This document shows, one piece after another, positions 9,295 to 19,560 of a DNA stretch of 64,000 bases (the stretch's first letter is position 1; every line of letters starts with the position of its first letter). The translations under genes and the position numbers were made by a program. The stretch is taken from assembly GCA_039794005.1 (NCBI GenBank), contig JBAMMA010000019.1, forward strand, positions 1-64,000, written 5' to 3'. The stretch comes from Thermoplasmata archaeon (GTDB lineage Archaea > Thermoplasmatota > Thermoplasmata > Thermoplasmatales > ARK-15). The notes under the pieces are model-generated. The model was not told where the DNA came from. It saw nothing but the letters and a program-made list of their open reading frames with translations, and searched no databases.

Positions 9295-10113
9295 ATGAAA
9301 CCATTATACTATGCAATAACGATGATATTAATTTTAATTGTTGCAGTGATTGGGGCTTATTTTGGATACCAGGCATTGGCATATAAACCAAACTATTCAA
9401 ATTTTGTTAGAAATGGATATACTGTTTCTATTTATTATTATGGATATATTGTTATAAATGGTTCAATGTATGTTTTTGATACAAACATAAAATATGTTGC
9501 TCAAAATAATCAAACATTTCCAAAGGCGCCAATATTCAAATACCATCCTCCCTTCAATCCCTTTAACTTCACCGTAGGTTCAAATCAAGTCATTCCAGGA
9601 TTGAGCAAAGGAATTTTAAACTGGACCCCTGGTGAAAAGGGGGTTATATATGTTCCTCCATCGTTAGGGTATCCATACAACAGCTCAAAAGTTCTTTATT
9701 TAAACATGACACAGGAAATACCAAGGTATCAGGAAATTTCAATAAATAGTTTTAAAAATAGAACGGGGGAGAATCCATCTAATGGACTTGTAGCAAGGGA
9801 TAACGAATTTGGATGGGATGATATCGTTATTTCGGTAAATTCCTTAAACAATTCTGTAATTATAATGAATGATGCGCAGCAAAACCAGATATATTACCCA
9901 TATGGTACAAATGTTTCATATGCCTATAAAATAATATTTGCCAACCAAACTGAAATTGAATATAACATAATGACAATAAACAATACTGTATTACCAAATG
10001 GAGCATACGTTTCTTCAATACAGAATAACAAAATAGCCTTGAACTATAACTTTTATCTAGCTGGGAGACCTCTCTATTTCTATGTTGAACTGATAAGCAT
10101 TGTTTCAAAATAA
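9295..10113 (+). CDS. Membrane-anchored FKBP-type (SlyD-like) peptidyl-prolyl isomerase with an enlarged insert
   Basis: N-terminal TM; VSIYYYG...VFDTN, FTVGSNQVIPGL, VPPSLGY, NFYLAGRPLYFYVELI; many N-x-S/T sequons. Confidence 0.8.
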   Translation: MKPLYYAITMILILIVAVIGAYFGYQALAYKPNYSNFVRNGYTVSIYYYGYIVINGSMYVFDTNIKYVAQNNQTFPKAPIFKYHPPFNPFNFTVGSNQVIPGLSKGILNWTPGEKGVIYVPPSLGYPYNSSKVLYLNMTQEIPRYQEISINSFKNRTGENPSNGLVARDNEFGWDDIVISVNSLNNSVIIMNDAQQNQIYYPYGTNVSYAYKIIFANQTEIEYNIMTINNTVLPNGAYVSSIQNNKIALNYNFYLAGRPLYFYVELISIVSK

Positions 10114-10182
10114 AACTTTTATTATAAAATAATTTTTAATTGATAAAATATAGATTAAAAAATTCATAATTAAAGGGTAAGG

Positions 10183-10190
10183 TTTTAATA
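10183..10190 (+). promoter_or_regulatory. TATA box of the 5S rRNA gene
   Basis: TTTTAATA about 26 nt upstream of the 5S 5' end, preceded by a purine-rich BRE-like stretch. Confidence 0.55.
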
Positions 10191-10215
10191 CATCTTTGTA
10201 TTACAAATATAATAC

Positions 10216-10341
10216 GGAGTGACGGTCATAGGGGATAGGGAAACACCCGGTCCCGTTCCGAACCCGGTCGTTAAGCCTATTCCCGTACCGCATTGTACTT
10301 GGATGCGCGAGCTCCAGGGAAGTGCGGTTGGCTGTCACTCC
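10216..10341 (+). rRNA. rrf: 5S rRNA, standalone
   Basis: GC-rich island; terminal helix GGAGTGACGG/CTGTCACTCC; conserved CATAG, AACACCCGGTCCCGTTCCGAACCCGG..GTTAAGCC, TGTACT, GGGAA. Confidence 0.95.
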
Positions 10342-10376
10342 ATCACTTTAATATACGATGATTTTGATTTTAAATT

Positions 10377-10682
10377 ATGTATCCTGATTCTGTTATAACG
10401 ACTACAAAAAAGGGGAATAAAGAAATCAGAAATTTTTTGGATTATGGATTTTTCATTGAATATAATTATTTAGATCCTGAAACTGGAAAAGAAAAAGAAA
10501 GAAAAACAAAAATCATTCTGAAAAGCAAAAATGGAAATATCAAAGAATTTTTCATAATACCTACGTCTGATGGAAAGAAATATTTGTTAATACCTGCAGA
10601 AGAAAAACAAAATAGATTTATTTGGAAAGATAATAAAGCTGAAGATTTAAATGATTTATTTAAAGAAATATGTGAAAAATAA
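10377..10682 (+). CDS. Hypothetical protein
   Basis: 101-aa ORF filling the gap between 5S and fbp with coding-like composition; no motif recognised. Confidence 0.7.
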   Translation: MYPDSVITTTKKGNKEIRNFLDYGFFIEYNYLDPETGKEKERKTKIILKSKNGNIKEFFIIPTSDGKKYLLIPAEEKQNRFIWKDNKAEDLNDLFKEICEK

Positions 10683-10729
10683 AATTTACCAAAATTTTTT
10701 TATTATTTAAAGAATTTTCTTTAATCAGG

Positions 10730-11851
10730 GTGATTAATTTGAAAATAACTTTTTCATTGATCAAGGCCGACGTTGGAGGATATCCTGGCCATAGCTCTGT
10801 CCATCCAGATTTGATAGCAAAGGCTGAAGAGATGCTCTCGGAAAAGAAAAGAGATGGAACCATCATAGATTTCCACGTGACACATGTAGGTGATGATTTA
10901 CAGCTAATTATGACCCATACGCATGGAACGGATAGTGAAATTGTCCATAAACTTGCATGGGACGTTTTCAAGGCCGCCACAGAAGTTGCTAAAAAACTGA
11001 AATTATATGGTGCGGGTCAAGACCTTTTGAAGGATGCTTTTTCTGGAAATGTTAGAGGTCTGGGTCCTGGAATTGCTGAATTAACGTTTGAAGAGAGAAA
11101 AGGAGAACCTATAATTGCATTCATGATGGACAAAACAGAACCTGGTGCATTTAACCTTCCAATATTCAGAATGTTTGCAGATCCATTCAACACGCCGGGA
11201 TTGGTTATAGACCCATCAATGCATGATGGGTTTGTCTTTGAAGTTTGGGACATATTGGAAAATAAAAAGGTAATGCTAAAAACGCCGGAAGAATTGTATG
11301 ATCTATTAGCATTAATTGGTGCAAAATCAAAGTATGTGATTAAAAGGGTTTATCCATCTAAAAACCATCCCAAGATTAGTCCAGATGAACCTGTTGCAAT
11401 TGTTTCTACAGAAAAACTTTACCAAATAGCAGGAGAATATATAGGTAAAGATGACCCTGTTGCAATAGTAAGGGCGCAATCTGGTTTACCTGCACTTGGT
11501 GAAGTTTTAGAACCTTTTGCATTTCCGCATTTGGTTTCCGGTTGGATGAGAGGTTCCCATAATGGACCTATTATGCCAGTTGGTATCAAAGATGCGAAAA
11601 TGACAAGGTTCGATGGTCCACCAAGGGTAGTAGCATTAGGATTCCAGCTTGCAGAAGGTAAATTGATAGGTCCGGTAGATCTATTTGATGACCCAGCATA
11701 TGATCAGTCAAGACAAACTGCACTTCAAATAGCCGATTATATAAGAAGACATGGACCATTTGAACCACATAGATTGCCACCTGAAGATATGGAATACACT
11801 ACTCTTCCAAAGGTTATGGAAAAATTGAAAAATAGGTTTACAGAAATATAA
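10730..11851 (+). CDS. fbp: Bifunctional fructose-1,6-bisphosphate aldolase/phosphatase (FBPase class V)
   Basis: KADVGGYPGH, VGDDLQL, LYGAGQDLL, DKTEPGAFN, YIGKDDP, GWMRGSH, RFDGPP, MEYTT. Confidence 0.97.
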   Translation: MINLKITFSLIKADVGGYPGHSSVHPDLIAKAEEMLSEKKRDGTIIDFHVTHVGDDLQLIMTHTHGTDSEIVHKLAWDVFKAATEVAKKLKLYGAGQDLLKDAFSGNVRGLGPGIAELTFEERKGEPIIAFMMDKTEPGAFNLPIFRMFADPFNTPGLVIDPSMHDGFVFEVWDILENKKVMLKTPEELYDLLALIGAKSKYVIKRVYPSKNHPKISPDEPVAIVSTEKLYQIAGEYIGKDDPVAIVRAQSGLPALGEVLEPFAFPHLVSGWMRGSHNGPIMPVGIKDAKMTRFDGPPRVVALGFQLAEGKLIGPVDLFDDPAYDQSRQTALQIADYIRRHGPFEPHRLPPEDMEYTTLPKVMEKLKNRFTEI

Positions 11852-11870
11852 ATTTAAATATTTTTAAAAT

Positions 11871-12266
11871 CTATTTCTTTAATTCGGTAATTGCAATTTT
11901 TTCTAATTTTTCTTTTAACTTTTCAATATCATCGGAAAATTCCTTTTTTTTCTCCTCCATTCCATAATCTTTTTCATTATCATTTAAATACATAATAAAA
12001 TAATTCGATTTTTCATTTGAAATTCCATACTCTTTTAATACTCTATCAATCTGCGTATCACCAGATATATATATTAAAAATTCGCTCTCCAACGTTTTAC
12101 CTCTCATTTTGTTTCTTTCAACAGATCTCTTTGCTTTTAAATACGCGCTTATCAATTCTTCTTCAAACATTATACCATTATCTTTGACGATGAGAACTCT
12201 ATTTTCCTTTATATCATCGAAAATATCCTGGGTTGGAATTCCGTAAAAATATCTTATTTTAAGCAT
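11871..12266 (-). CDS. cgi121: KEOPS complex subunit Cgi121
   Basis: SAYLKAKRS...[25 protein letters not shown] and C-terminal EKIA match the Cgi121 pattern. Confidence 0.8.
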   Translation of the reverse strand: MLKIRYFYGIPTQDIFDDIKENRVLIVKDNGIMFEEELISAYLKAKRSVERNKMRGKTLESEFLIYISGDTQIDRVLKEYGISNEKSNYFIMYLNDNEKDYGMEEKKKEFSDDIEKLKEKLEKIAITELKK

Positions 12267-14172
12267 TTAAATTCCCTGGCTTGCTCAAAACACTGGATAT
12301 CCTCTTTAATAGATTATCCTTTTCCTGCCCGGGTATTAATGATTCATTTAAAACATCTAATATAGTCTTAGCATAAACGATCTTTATTTTTCCTTCATGT
12401 GATTCATCCAATATTACATCATCCTTGTTTGAATATGGTATTATGACTTTTTTTAGCCCCGCATCGATTGCAGCTTCTACTTTTGCGGTTACTCCTCCAA
12501 CAGGCAAAACATATCCTCTTATTGTTAAGGAACCAGTCATAGCTACGGATTGATCAATAGGAATATTTTCTAAGGCGGAAATAACGGCAGTTGCAATGGA
12601 TATGCTCGCTGAATCGCCTTCAACACCTTCATATGTTCCTATGAATTGTATGTGAACATCAAGATTTGATATATCTTCTCCACTATATTTTTTAATTATT
12701 GCGGAAACGTTCTGTACAGCTTCTTTTGCAATTTCACCCAGCTTTCCAGTCGCTATTATTCTTCCCTGATTTTTATTCTGGGCCGGAGTTATTTCTGCTA
12801 CAATTGGCAAAACTGTTCCAGAAAATTCACTCATGCCGGAATTTGCGCTGTACACAGCTAAACCATTTACGGTCCCAACAACATATCCCTCAGTTAAAAA
12901 TGTATTGTATATCTTCTTATTTTCTAACATTCTATCTACAATTTTCTGCTCAAGGGGCTTTGAGGTCTGCTTTGCTTTTATCACGTGCTCAACCCTAACA
13001 ACATCCGATTTTTCAGACTTTGCAATATCTCCTGCAGCTCTTACGAGACCACCAAGCTCCCTAAGCCTTAGGGTTAATCTACCCTTTCTTCCCGCTCTCC
13101 TCTGTGCCTCTTTTATGATTTCTGCCACGGCCATCTTATCAAAATGGGGTATCTTTCCATCCTTTACTACCTCCTGAGCTATGAACCTTATTAAATTTTT
13201 CCTGTTTTCATCATTATCTTCCATGCTGTTGTTCATGTAAATTTCATAACCGTAACCTCTAATCCTTGATCTTAATGCTGGATGCATACCTTGGAGTGAA
13301 TCCAAATTACCGGCAGCAACAAGTATGAAATCACAAGGAACGGGTTCAGTTTGAACCAATGCACCAGCACTTCTTTCACTCTGCCCCGTAATTGGAAACT
13401 TTTTTTCCTGCATTGCTGTGAGCAACGCCTGCTGACTCTCAGGCCTCAATAGATTGATTTCATCTATGAATAATACTCCCCTGTGAGCTTTATGTATTGC
13501 CCCTGCCTCGACTCTGACATGGGCAGGAGTTTCCAGTCCACCAGATTGAAAAGGATCGTGTCTAACATCTCCTAACAATGCTCCAGTATGTGCTCCAGTC
13601 GCATCTATAAATGGAGGCTTGTCATTTTGTTCATGGCCTACAAGCAACTTTGGCGTATGATATTGTTCGGTCCTCTGAACTGCAATTCCTAAAAACATCC
13701 ACAAAAATATTACAAGTATTATACTCATGAATAAAACGTTTAAATCTTTAGTAACAACATATCCTATAATTCCCAATAACAATAAACCAAACAAAACCAA
13801 TTGCAATGTTCTTTGTCTCAAAAGTCTTTCTTCCTTTGCCCTTTCCTGCATTTGCCTTACCAATTCTTTTCCTTTACCAGCAGGAAGCGTTTTAATTTTT
13901 GGCCTATTTGGATCCTCTTCATTTGGAAATACAAGAATATCTTCCAATTCTTCTTGAGGAAGAAAATCAACCATTGATTGTGCAAGCATCGATTTTCCAG
14001 TTCCCGGATCTCCTATAAGAATAACATGTCTTTTTTGCACAGCGGCTTTTTTTATGATTTCCACTGCCTCATCCTGACCGATAACCTGATCTATTAACTT
14101 AGATGGAACAGGTATATCCGCCGTTGAATTGAAATTCTGCTTTTTTATCCACTCATCAACCGGTTCTTCCAT
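12259..14172 (-). CDS. lonB: Membrane-bound archaeal Lon protease (LonB)
   Basis: LIDQVIGQ, Walker A GDPGTGKS, two TM helices, LFIDEI, GDSAS (Ser), PVGGVTAK (Lys); no intein. Confidence 0.97.
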   Translation of the reverse strand: MEEPVDEWIKKQNFNSTADIPVPSKLIDQVIGQDEAVEIIKKAAVQKRHVILIGDPGTGKSMLAQSMVDFLPQEELEDILVFPNEEDPNRPKIKTLPAGKGKELVRQMQERAKEERLLRQRTLQLVLFGLLLLGIIGYVVTKDLNVLFMSIILVIFLWMFLGIAVQRTEQYHTPKLLVGHEQNDKPPFIDATGAHTGALLGDVRHDPFQSGGLETPAHVRVEAGAIHKAHRGVLFIDEINLLRPESQQALLTAMQEKKFPITGQSERSAGALVQTEPVPCDFILVAAGNLDSLQGMHPALRSRIRGYGYEIYMNNSMEDNDENRKNLIRFIAQEVVKDGKIPHFDKMAVAEIIKEAQRRAGRKGRLTLRLRELGGLVRAAGDIAKSEKSDVVRVEHVIKAKQTSKPLEQKIVDRMLENKKIYNTFLTEGYVVGTVNGLAVYSANSGMSEFSGTVLPIVAEITPAQNKNQGRIIATGKLGEIAKEAVQNVSAIIKKYSGEDISNLDVHIQFIGTYEGVEGDSASISIATAVISALENIPIDQSVAMTGSLTIRGYVLPVGGVTAKVEAAIDAGLKKVIIPYSNKDDVILDESHEGKIKIVYAKTILDVLNESLIPGQEKDNLLKRISSVLSKPGNLNA

Positions 14173-14214
14173 TTTAAAATTACAAAAAATATTAAGATTT
14201 AAAATTTTTTGTCG

Positions 14215-15264
14215 TTACATCATATATTCATCTTTTTGTAAATCCTCTTCTTTTGGCTTCAATTCACCATTCATTATTTGTTCTGCAAAATGACATGCCA
14301 CAAAATGGCCGGGCTTTACTTCCCTCAGTTCGGGTTCCTTTACATCACAAATACCCTTTTGTGCATATACACATCTAGTTATGAATTTGCATCCGGGTGG
14401 AACATTTATTGGGCTAGGTATTTCTCCTTTAATTAATACCCTTTCATGCTTTCTATCAGGATCAGGAACTGGAATCGCTGCCACGAGTGACCTTGTATAT
14501 GGATGGAGAGGATCAAATATTACATCTTCTGATGATCCATATTCGACTATCTTTCCTAGGTACATTACAAATATTCTATCGCTCATATATCTTGCTACGG
14601 CAATGTCGTGAGTTATGAAAATGAATGGTATCCTTAATTTTTCTCTTAAATCCAACATTAAATTTAAAACACCAGCCCTAATTGATACGTCTAACATTGA
14701 TACTGGCTCATCTGCAACTATGAATTTTGGACTTGTCACAAGTGCTCTTGCAATTGCAATCCTTTGCCTTTGACCTCCAGATACCTCGTGCGGATATCTG
14801 CCCAAATATTCTTCACCGGGTTTTAAACCTGCATCTTCAAGTGCCCTTATGACTATGTCTACCCTTTCCTCAAATGTATCTCCTATTTTATGAATTATCA
14901 ATGGTTCCATCAACGTTTTCAAAATTGTAAACCTGGGATTTAGAGACTCATATGGATCTTGAAATACCATTTGAACATTCTTTCTAAATTCTTTGAGTTT
15001 ATTACCTTTCAATTCTGATATGTCTGTTCCTTCAAAATATATTTTTCCGGATGTTGGTCTTTCCAATAAAACTAACATTCTGCCCGTGGTAGTTTTTCCG
15101 GATCCTGTCTCCCCTACGATACCAATAATTTCTCCTTCATGCAATTCAAAAGAAATACCGTCTACAGCCTTTACGGTTAAGGATGGACCAAATGAAAGAA
15201 TGCCTTTGTGTAATTCATAGTATTTTTTTACATTTTCGACCTTAACTACTGTATTCCCAATCAT
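14215..15264 (-). CDS. oppF: Oligopeptide/dipeptide ABC transporter ATPase (OppF/DppF)
   Basis: GETGSGKT, QMVFQDPY, SGGQRQR, ADEP, ITHD, HPYT, C-terminal CxF..RC...C...ACH. Confidence 0.94.
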   Translation of the reverse strand: MIGNTVVKVENVKKYYELHKGILSFGPSLTVKAVDGISFELHEGEIIGIVGETGSGKTTTGRMLVLLERPTSGKIYFEGTDISELKGNKLKEFRKNVQMVFQDPYESLNPRFTILKTLMEPLIIHKIGDTFEERVDIVIRALEDAGLKPGEEYLGRYPHEVSGGQRQRIAIARALVTSPKFIVADEPVSMLDVSIRAGVLNLMLDLREKLRIPFIFITHDIAVARYMSDRIFVMYLGKIVEYGSSEDVIFDPLHPYTRSLVAAIPVPDPDRKHERVLIKGEIPSPINVPPGCKFITRCVYAQKGICDVKEPELREVKPGHFVACHFAEQIMNGELKPKEEDLQKDEYMM

Positions 15265-15266
15265 TT

Positions 15267-16277
15267 TTATTTACCCCCATATATTGATGTTGCAAAATGG
15301 CATGCTGAATAATGTCCTGGTGATATTTCTATGAGTGGAGGACTCTTTTCTGCGCATATTTCCCTAGCGTATGGACACCTGGGATGGAACCTACATCCCT
15401 TTGGAGGATTCGCTAAATCTGGTGGTGAACCTGGTATAAATGATAACCTTTTTTTCTCACCAAAAAGGTTTGGGAATGAATTTAACAATCCTTCAGTGTA
15501 TGGATGGGCATAGTGTTTAAAAACTTCCCTTGTTGTGCCCTTTTCAACAACTTGGCCTGCATACATTACAGCAATTTTATGGGATACTTCGGCCACCACA
15601 GATACATCATGAGTTATTAATATCATGGCCATGCCTAACTTTTTCTGCAAATCTATAATTTCCTTTAATATTCTGTCCTGTGTTATTACATCTACAGCGG
15701 TTGTGGGCTCATCTGCCAATACTAGTTTAGGCCTTAATGCCAATGCCATAGCTATCATAGCTCTTTGCTTCATACCACCACTATATTCGTGAGGATAGTT
15801 GTTGATTCTATCCCTAGGTATTCCAACAAAATCATAAAGTTCAATGACCCTTCTTTCCAACTCCTCCTCAGACATATCTGGTTCATGTGCTAATATTGCC
15901 TCCTTTATTTGATCTCCAACCTTATAAACAGGATTGAAAGCATTTAGAGATGCTTGAAATATCATCGAAATTTCTTTCCACCTTATCTTTCTAATGTTTT
16001 CATCATAAACATTCAATGTACCATCAGGTTTCAATGTATATTTAAACAAATCTTGATCATTGAATATTATTTTTCCTTTTTTGATATATGCATTGTTTGG
16101 CAATAATTGAGTAATTGCATAAGCCAATGTGGATTTTCCTGATCCAGATTCACCAACTAGTCCTAAAGTTTCACCTGAGTCCAATTCTATGGAAACATCA
16201 TCAACAGCCCTTACCCAATTACCATAAATTTTGTAATGGACTGATAAATCTTCAACTTTGAGTAATACCATCCTCAT
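15267..16277 (-). CDS. oppD: Oligopeptide/dipeptide ABC transporter ATPase (OppD/DppD)
   Basis: GESGSGKS, YPHEYSGGMKQR, ADEPTT, ITHD, GCRFHPRC. Confidence 0.94.
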   Translation of the reverse strand: MRMVLLKVEDLSVHYKIYGNWVRAVDDVSIELDSGETLGLVGESGSGKSTLAYAITQLLPNNAYIKKGKIIFNDQDLFKYTLKPDGTLNVYDENIRKIRWKEISMIFQASLNAFNPVYKVGDQIKEAILAHEPDMSEEELERRVIELYDFVGIPRDRINNYPHEYSGGMKQRAMIAMALALRPKLVLADEPTTAVDVITQDRILKEIIDLQKKLGMAMILITHDVSVVAEVSHKIAVMYAGQVVEKGTTREVFKHYAHPYTEGLLNSFPNLFGEKKRLSFIPGSPPDLANPPKGCRFHPRCPYAREICAEKSPPLIEISPGHYSACHFATSIYGGK

Positions 16278-18526
16278 CTCCTCCTCAATCTAGGATTGAT
16301 TATTTCATCGAACGCCCTTCCTACAAAGTAAAATGCCATGGATAAGAATGTTATGGCAAGTCCAGGTGGAATAAGCCACCATGGTGCTCTTAATACATTA
16401 CCTGTAGTCCAAATATATTGAAGCATCATTCCCCAAGTTATTGCGTGTGGATCTCCGAATCCCAAAAATGCCAGGGATGCCTCGGTAATAATAGCACCAC
16501 TAACCCCAAAACTCATAAACAAAAATGTCAGCGGGAGAATATTTGGCATTATGTGTATAAACATTATTCTAAGATTTGATGCACCTGATATTCTGGCAGA
16601 ATCAACGAAGGCCCTAGATTTTAAACTCATCGCCTGTGCCCTGATAATCCTTGTTATACCTGACCAACCTAAAATTGCAATTACCAAGATAACATTCCAA
16701 ATAGAAGGACCGAGAATTTCAACCAGAAGGAGCATTATAACAAGGCTTGGCAATGATAAGAATATATCTGTCACTCTCATTGCTATTATATCTACTAAAC
16801 CACCATAATATCCAGATATTAGACCTATAAATGTACCAAGAAGTACTGAAGAAGCTGCAGCAACAAGTCCAACAATCAACTCTGCCCTAGCTCCATAGAC
16901 AATCCATGTCCAAATATCATGCCCATAAAGATCGGTACCCATAATATAAACATTATCACTTTTATATTTTCCAGGTGGCAATGGTGCAATATCTGTACCT
17001 AGCGTCATTTGTAAATATAATTTATTATTATTTGTAATTACTCCATAATAGTAACCTAATGATGATTGATATGTAATTACATTACCCAAACCGCTTATTG
17101 GTGTTCTCATACCACCAGGGATTGAAAAGGTTTGATTTAAATGCATGTTGTTGTTAAAAACAAAAACTCCTAAATTCGTTGACAAAATTATCATGTCTGA
17201 ACCAATATCATAAATAGGTTTTGAATTCACATATCCATCTATTATATTATAAAATTGCCCCTTTCCCAATATTTTTCCAGTATATTGGTCTATAATTGCA
17301 ACTATTGAGCTTGATGATGTGTATGCCCAAACAACTGGCATGTTTCCCATGTTTCCTGCTATCCCTTGCAAGGTATATTTTTCTACAGAAGAATTTGATA
17401 TTACGAATGGTGTAATGTACATTACTGATCCGTTTAACCTATTTATACCAATTATATTGTTATTTGATGTCATAAGAATAATGTTCTGATTCGGATATTC
17501 TGAGGGCAAATTATTTGAATATGTAAGGCTTTGTGGATAAATATTTGTTACTGTATTATTATAATTTATTGAATAATTTAAATGCCATGCCAAGTGAGGT
17601 TGTGAGACATTTTGAGGGATATTTAAACCATAGCTAAGATATGTTTTGTTAAACTCCATTGGAAATACATATGAATACAATCCAACTTTTGTTGGTATTA
17701 TGGCCATTGTGGAATTTAAATCTGAAGGATTTATATATAATAAAATATTATTAATTATTGGCGAATTTAATTTTAATGTGACAATGCTTAAAGGATTTAT
17801 ATGGACTACCCCGAGGAGCATACCGTTCAATGATAACTGAGAATTGTAGAAAAACAATACCTTGACTTCTGTTCCATTCGCAATTGCAATGGCACTTAAT
17901 TGACCTGCATGTGGCAATTGATATGGGTTGTTATAAAATTCACTCCTAAAATCAATGTTTTTATTTAGATTAAAATTATAAATTTGTTTAAAGTTATTAT
18001 CCAATATATAGAATGATGTATTTGTAAATCCATAATAAACTATTGATTTTGGTGCAGAGAAATATTTGATATACATAGCTGTCTGACCCATGTAATTTGT
18101 TCCCTTTGGTATTGAATAATATGTCGGAGATGATAAATTAATTTTCAGTACATTGTTTATATAGGTATAACTCACATTAAAAATTGCTGCATTTCCCTGA
18201 TCATTATAAACTAAAACTGCCTTCAAATATTGATTTGCACCTTGTGAAGATGTGTATGGTATAATTCCGACAGGTGGTTTATCCCATACAACATTGTTTG
18301 AAAGATTTGTAATATATATATCACCCCTAATCACATCTATAGATGGTGCCTTAAATTCTGGTGTGTATGGTGTTAAATAAGGTGCAAATACAGCCATAAT
18401 AACAAATATTATTATCATTATTAATCCGGCCATACCCATTCTGCTTTTTGTATAAATTTTCCATCCATTTTTTAAAGATCTTATAAAAGCCTTCCTCTGT
18501 TCATTCCACCCTCTTTTCTTTACCAT
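16274..18526 (-). CDS. oppC: Peptide ABC permease OppC/DppC with a very large extracellular insertion
   Basis: OppC N-terminal helix and TM, ~450-aa Asn/Tyr-rich insert, then MGTDLYGHDIW..IVYGAR, EAA-like loop (FVDSARISGAS), EASLAFLGFG, WWLIPPG. Confidence 0.9.
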   Translation of the reverse strand: MVKKRGWNEQRKAFIRSLKNGWKIYTKSRMGMAGLIMIIIFVIMAVFAPYLTPYTPEFKAPSIDVIRGDIYITNLSNNVVWDKPPVGIIPYTSSQGANQYLKAVLVYNDQGNAAIFNVSYTYINNVLKINLSSPTYYSIPKGTNYMGQTAMYIKYFSAPKSIVYYGFTNTSFYILDNNFKQIYNFNLNKNIDFRSEFYNNPYQLPHAGQLSAIAIANGTEVKVLFFYNSQLSLNGMLLGVVHINPLSIVTLKLNSPIINNILLYINPSDLNSTMAIIPTKVGLYSYVFPMEFNKTYLSYGLNIPQNVSQPHLAWHLNYSINYNNTVTNIYPQSLTYSNNLPSEYPNQNIILMTSNNNIIGINRLNGSVMYITPFVISNSSVEKYTLQGIAGNMGNMPVVWAYTSSSSIVAIIDQYTGKILGKGQFYNIIDGYVNSKPIYDIGSDMIILSTNLGVFVFNNNMHLNQTFSIPGGMRTPISGLGNVITYQSSLGYYYGVITNNNKLYLQMTLGTDIAPLPPGKYKSDNVYIMGTDLYGHDIWTWIVYGARAELIVGLVAAASSVLLGTFIGLISGYYGGLVDIIAMRVTDIFLSLPSLVIMLLLVEILGPSIWNVILVIAILGWSGITRIIRAQAMSLKSRAFVDSARISGASNLRIMFIHIMPNILPLTFLFMSFGVSGAIITEASLAFLGFGDPHAITWGMMLQYIWTTGNVLRAPWWLIPPGLAITFLSMAFYFVGRAFDEIINPRLRRR

Positions 18527-18536
18527 AATCTACACC

Positions 18537-19532
18537 TCATTCTACTCTCACTCTAGGATCGAGATAACCGTAAATTATATCTGCAATCCAATTGAATATT
18601 ATAACTAACAATGAGATTATTATTACAGTTGCTTCTATAACGGGATAATCCAGTGAATTAAGAGCCTTAATATATAAGAGTCCTACTCCAAAATAGCTAA
18701 ATACAGTCTCTGTTAAAACACCGCCACCAATTGCAAACGCCATTGATATTATGAAACTTGTTACTAAAGGTAATAAAGCATTTCTAGCAGCATGCTTAAA
18801 CAATACCTCTTTTTCTGTTAACCCTTTTGCAATTGCAACATCGATATAATTTTCACCAATTACATCTAACATTGATGTTCTCATCAACAAGACATTTCCG
18901 GCAAAGAATATTAAAACAAGAACAATTAATGGAAGAGCTGCATGCCATAAATAATCTAGAGCAACCCAAAATATATTGTTTGGTGCATTCCAACCAAATA
19001 TCTTGTCTGTTGCATCAAAAAATCCACCTAATGGAAATAGTTTTAATTCAAATGAAAATATAAATATAAAAATCATTCCTACCCAATATGTTGGCATGTT
19101 ATAGAAAAACAAACCAATTACAACATTAGATGCATCCAATATGCCCCCTCTTCTCCATGCAATTATAGCACCAACAAAATAACCAATTATATAAGATATT
19201 ATTGTTGCTAAACCAAACAAAAATAGAGTTCTTGGAACTGTTTGTGCTAAAAGATTTGAAACAGGAACACCATAAACAAAAGAGTATCCATAATTGAACG
19301 TGAATACTTGCATTAAATAATTTTCAAATTGCACCCACCATGGCTGGTTTAAACCATATAATCTCACTACAAATTCCTTCTGTGAGGGTGTCAATTGTGG
19401 ATTTAATGATAATAAGGTCCCAAAATTTACTGGTAAAACATGAAGCAAGAAAAATAAGGATATTACAATTATTATAAACGTGACAAAACTCTGTATTGAC
19501 CTCATAACCCAATATTTTGATAAACCTGCCAT
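18537..19532 (-). CDS. oppB: Peptide ABC permease OppB/DppB
   Basis: YGLNQP, FNYGYS, PTYW, MRTSM..VIGENYI..AIAKGL, HAARNALLP, TETVFSYFGVG, LDPRVR. Confidence 0.93.
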   Translation of the reverse strand: MAGLSKYWVMRSIQSFVTFIIIVISLFFLLHVLPVNFGTLLSLNPQLTPSQKEFVVRLYGLNQPWWVQFENYLMQVFTFNYGYSFVYGVPVSNLLAQTVPRTLFLFGLATIISYIIGYFVGAIIAWRRGGILDASNVVIGLFFYNMPTYWVGMIFIFIFSFELKLFPLGGFFDATDKIFGWNAPNNIFWVALDYLWHAALPLIVLVLIFFAGNVLLMRTSMLDVIGENYIDVAIAKGLTEKEVLFKHAARNALLPLVTSFIISMAFAIGGGVLTETVFSYFGVGLLYIKALNSLDYPVIEATVIIISLLVIIFNWIADIIYGYLDPRVRVE

Positions 19533-19543
19533 ATAAACACCTC

Positions 19544-19559
19544 AAAAAAAATTAAAAAA
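19544..19559 (-). terminator. Oligo-T tract between oppA and oppB (candidate internal terminator)
   Basis: Minus strand reads TTTTTAATTTTTTTT immediately after the oppA stop codon; archaeal U-rich terminator pattern. Confidence 0.4.
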
Positions 19560-19560
19560 T

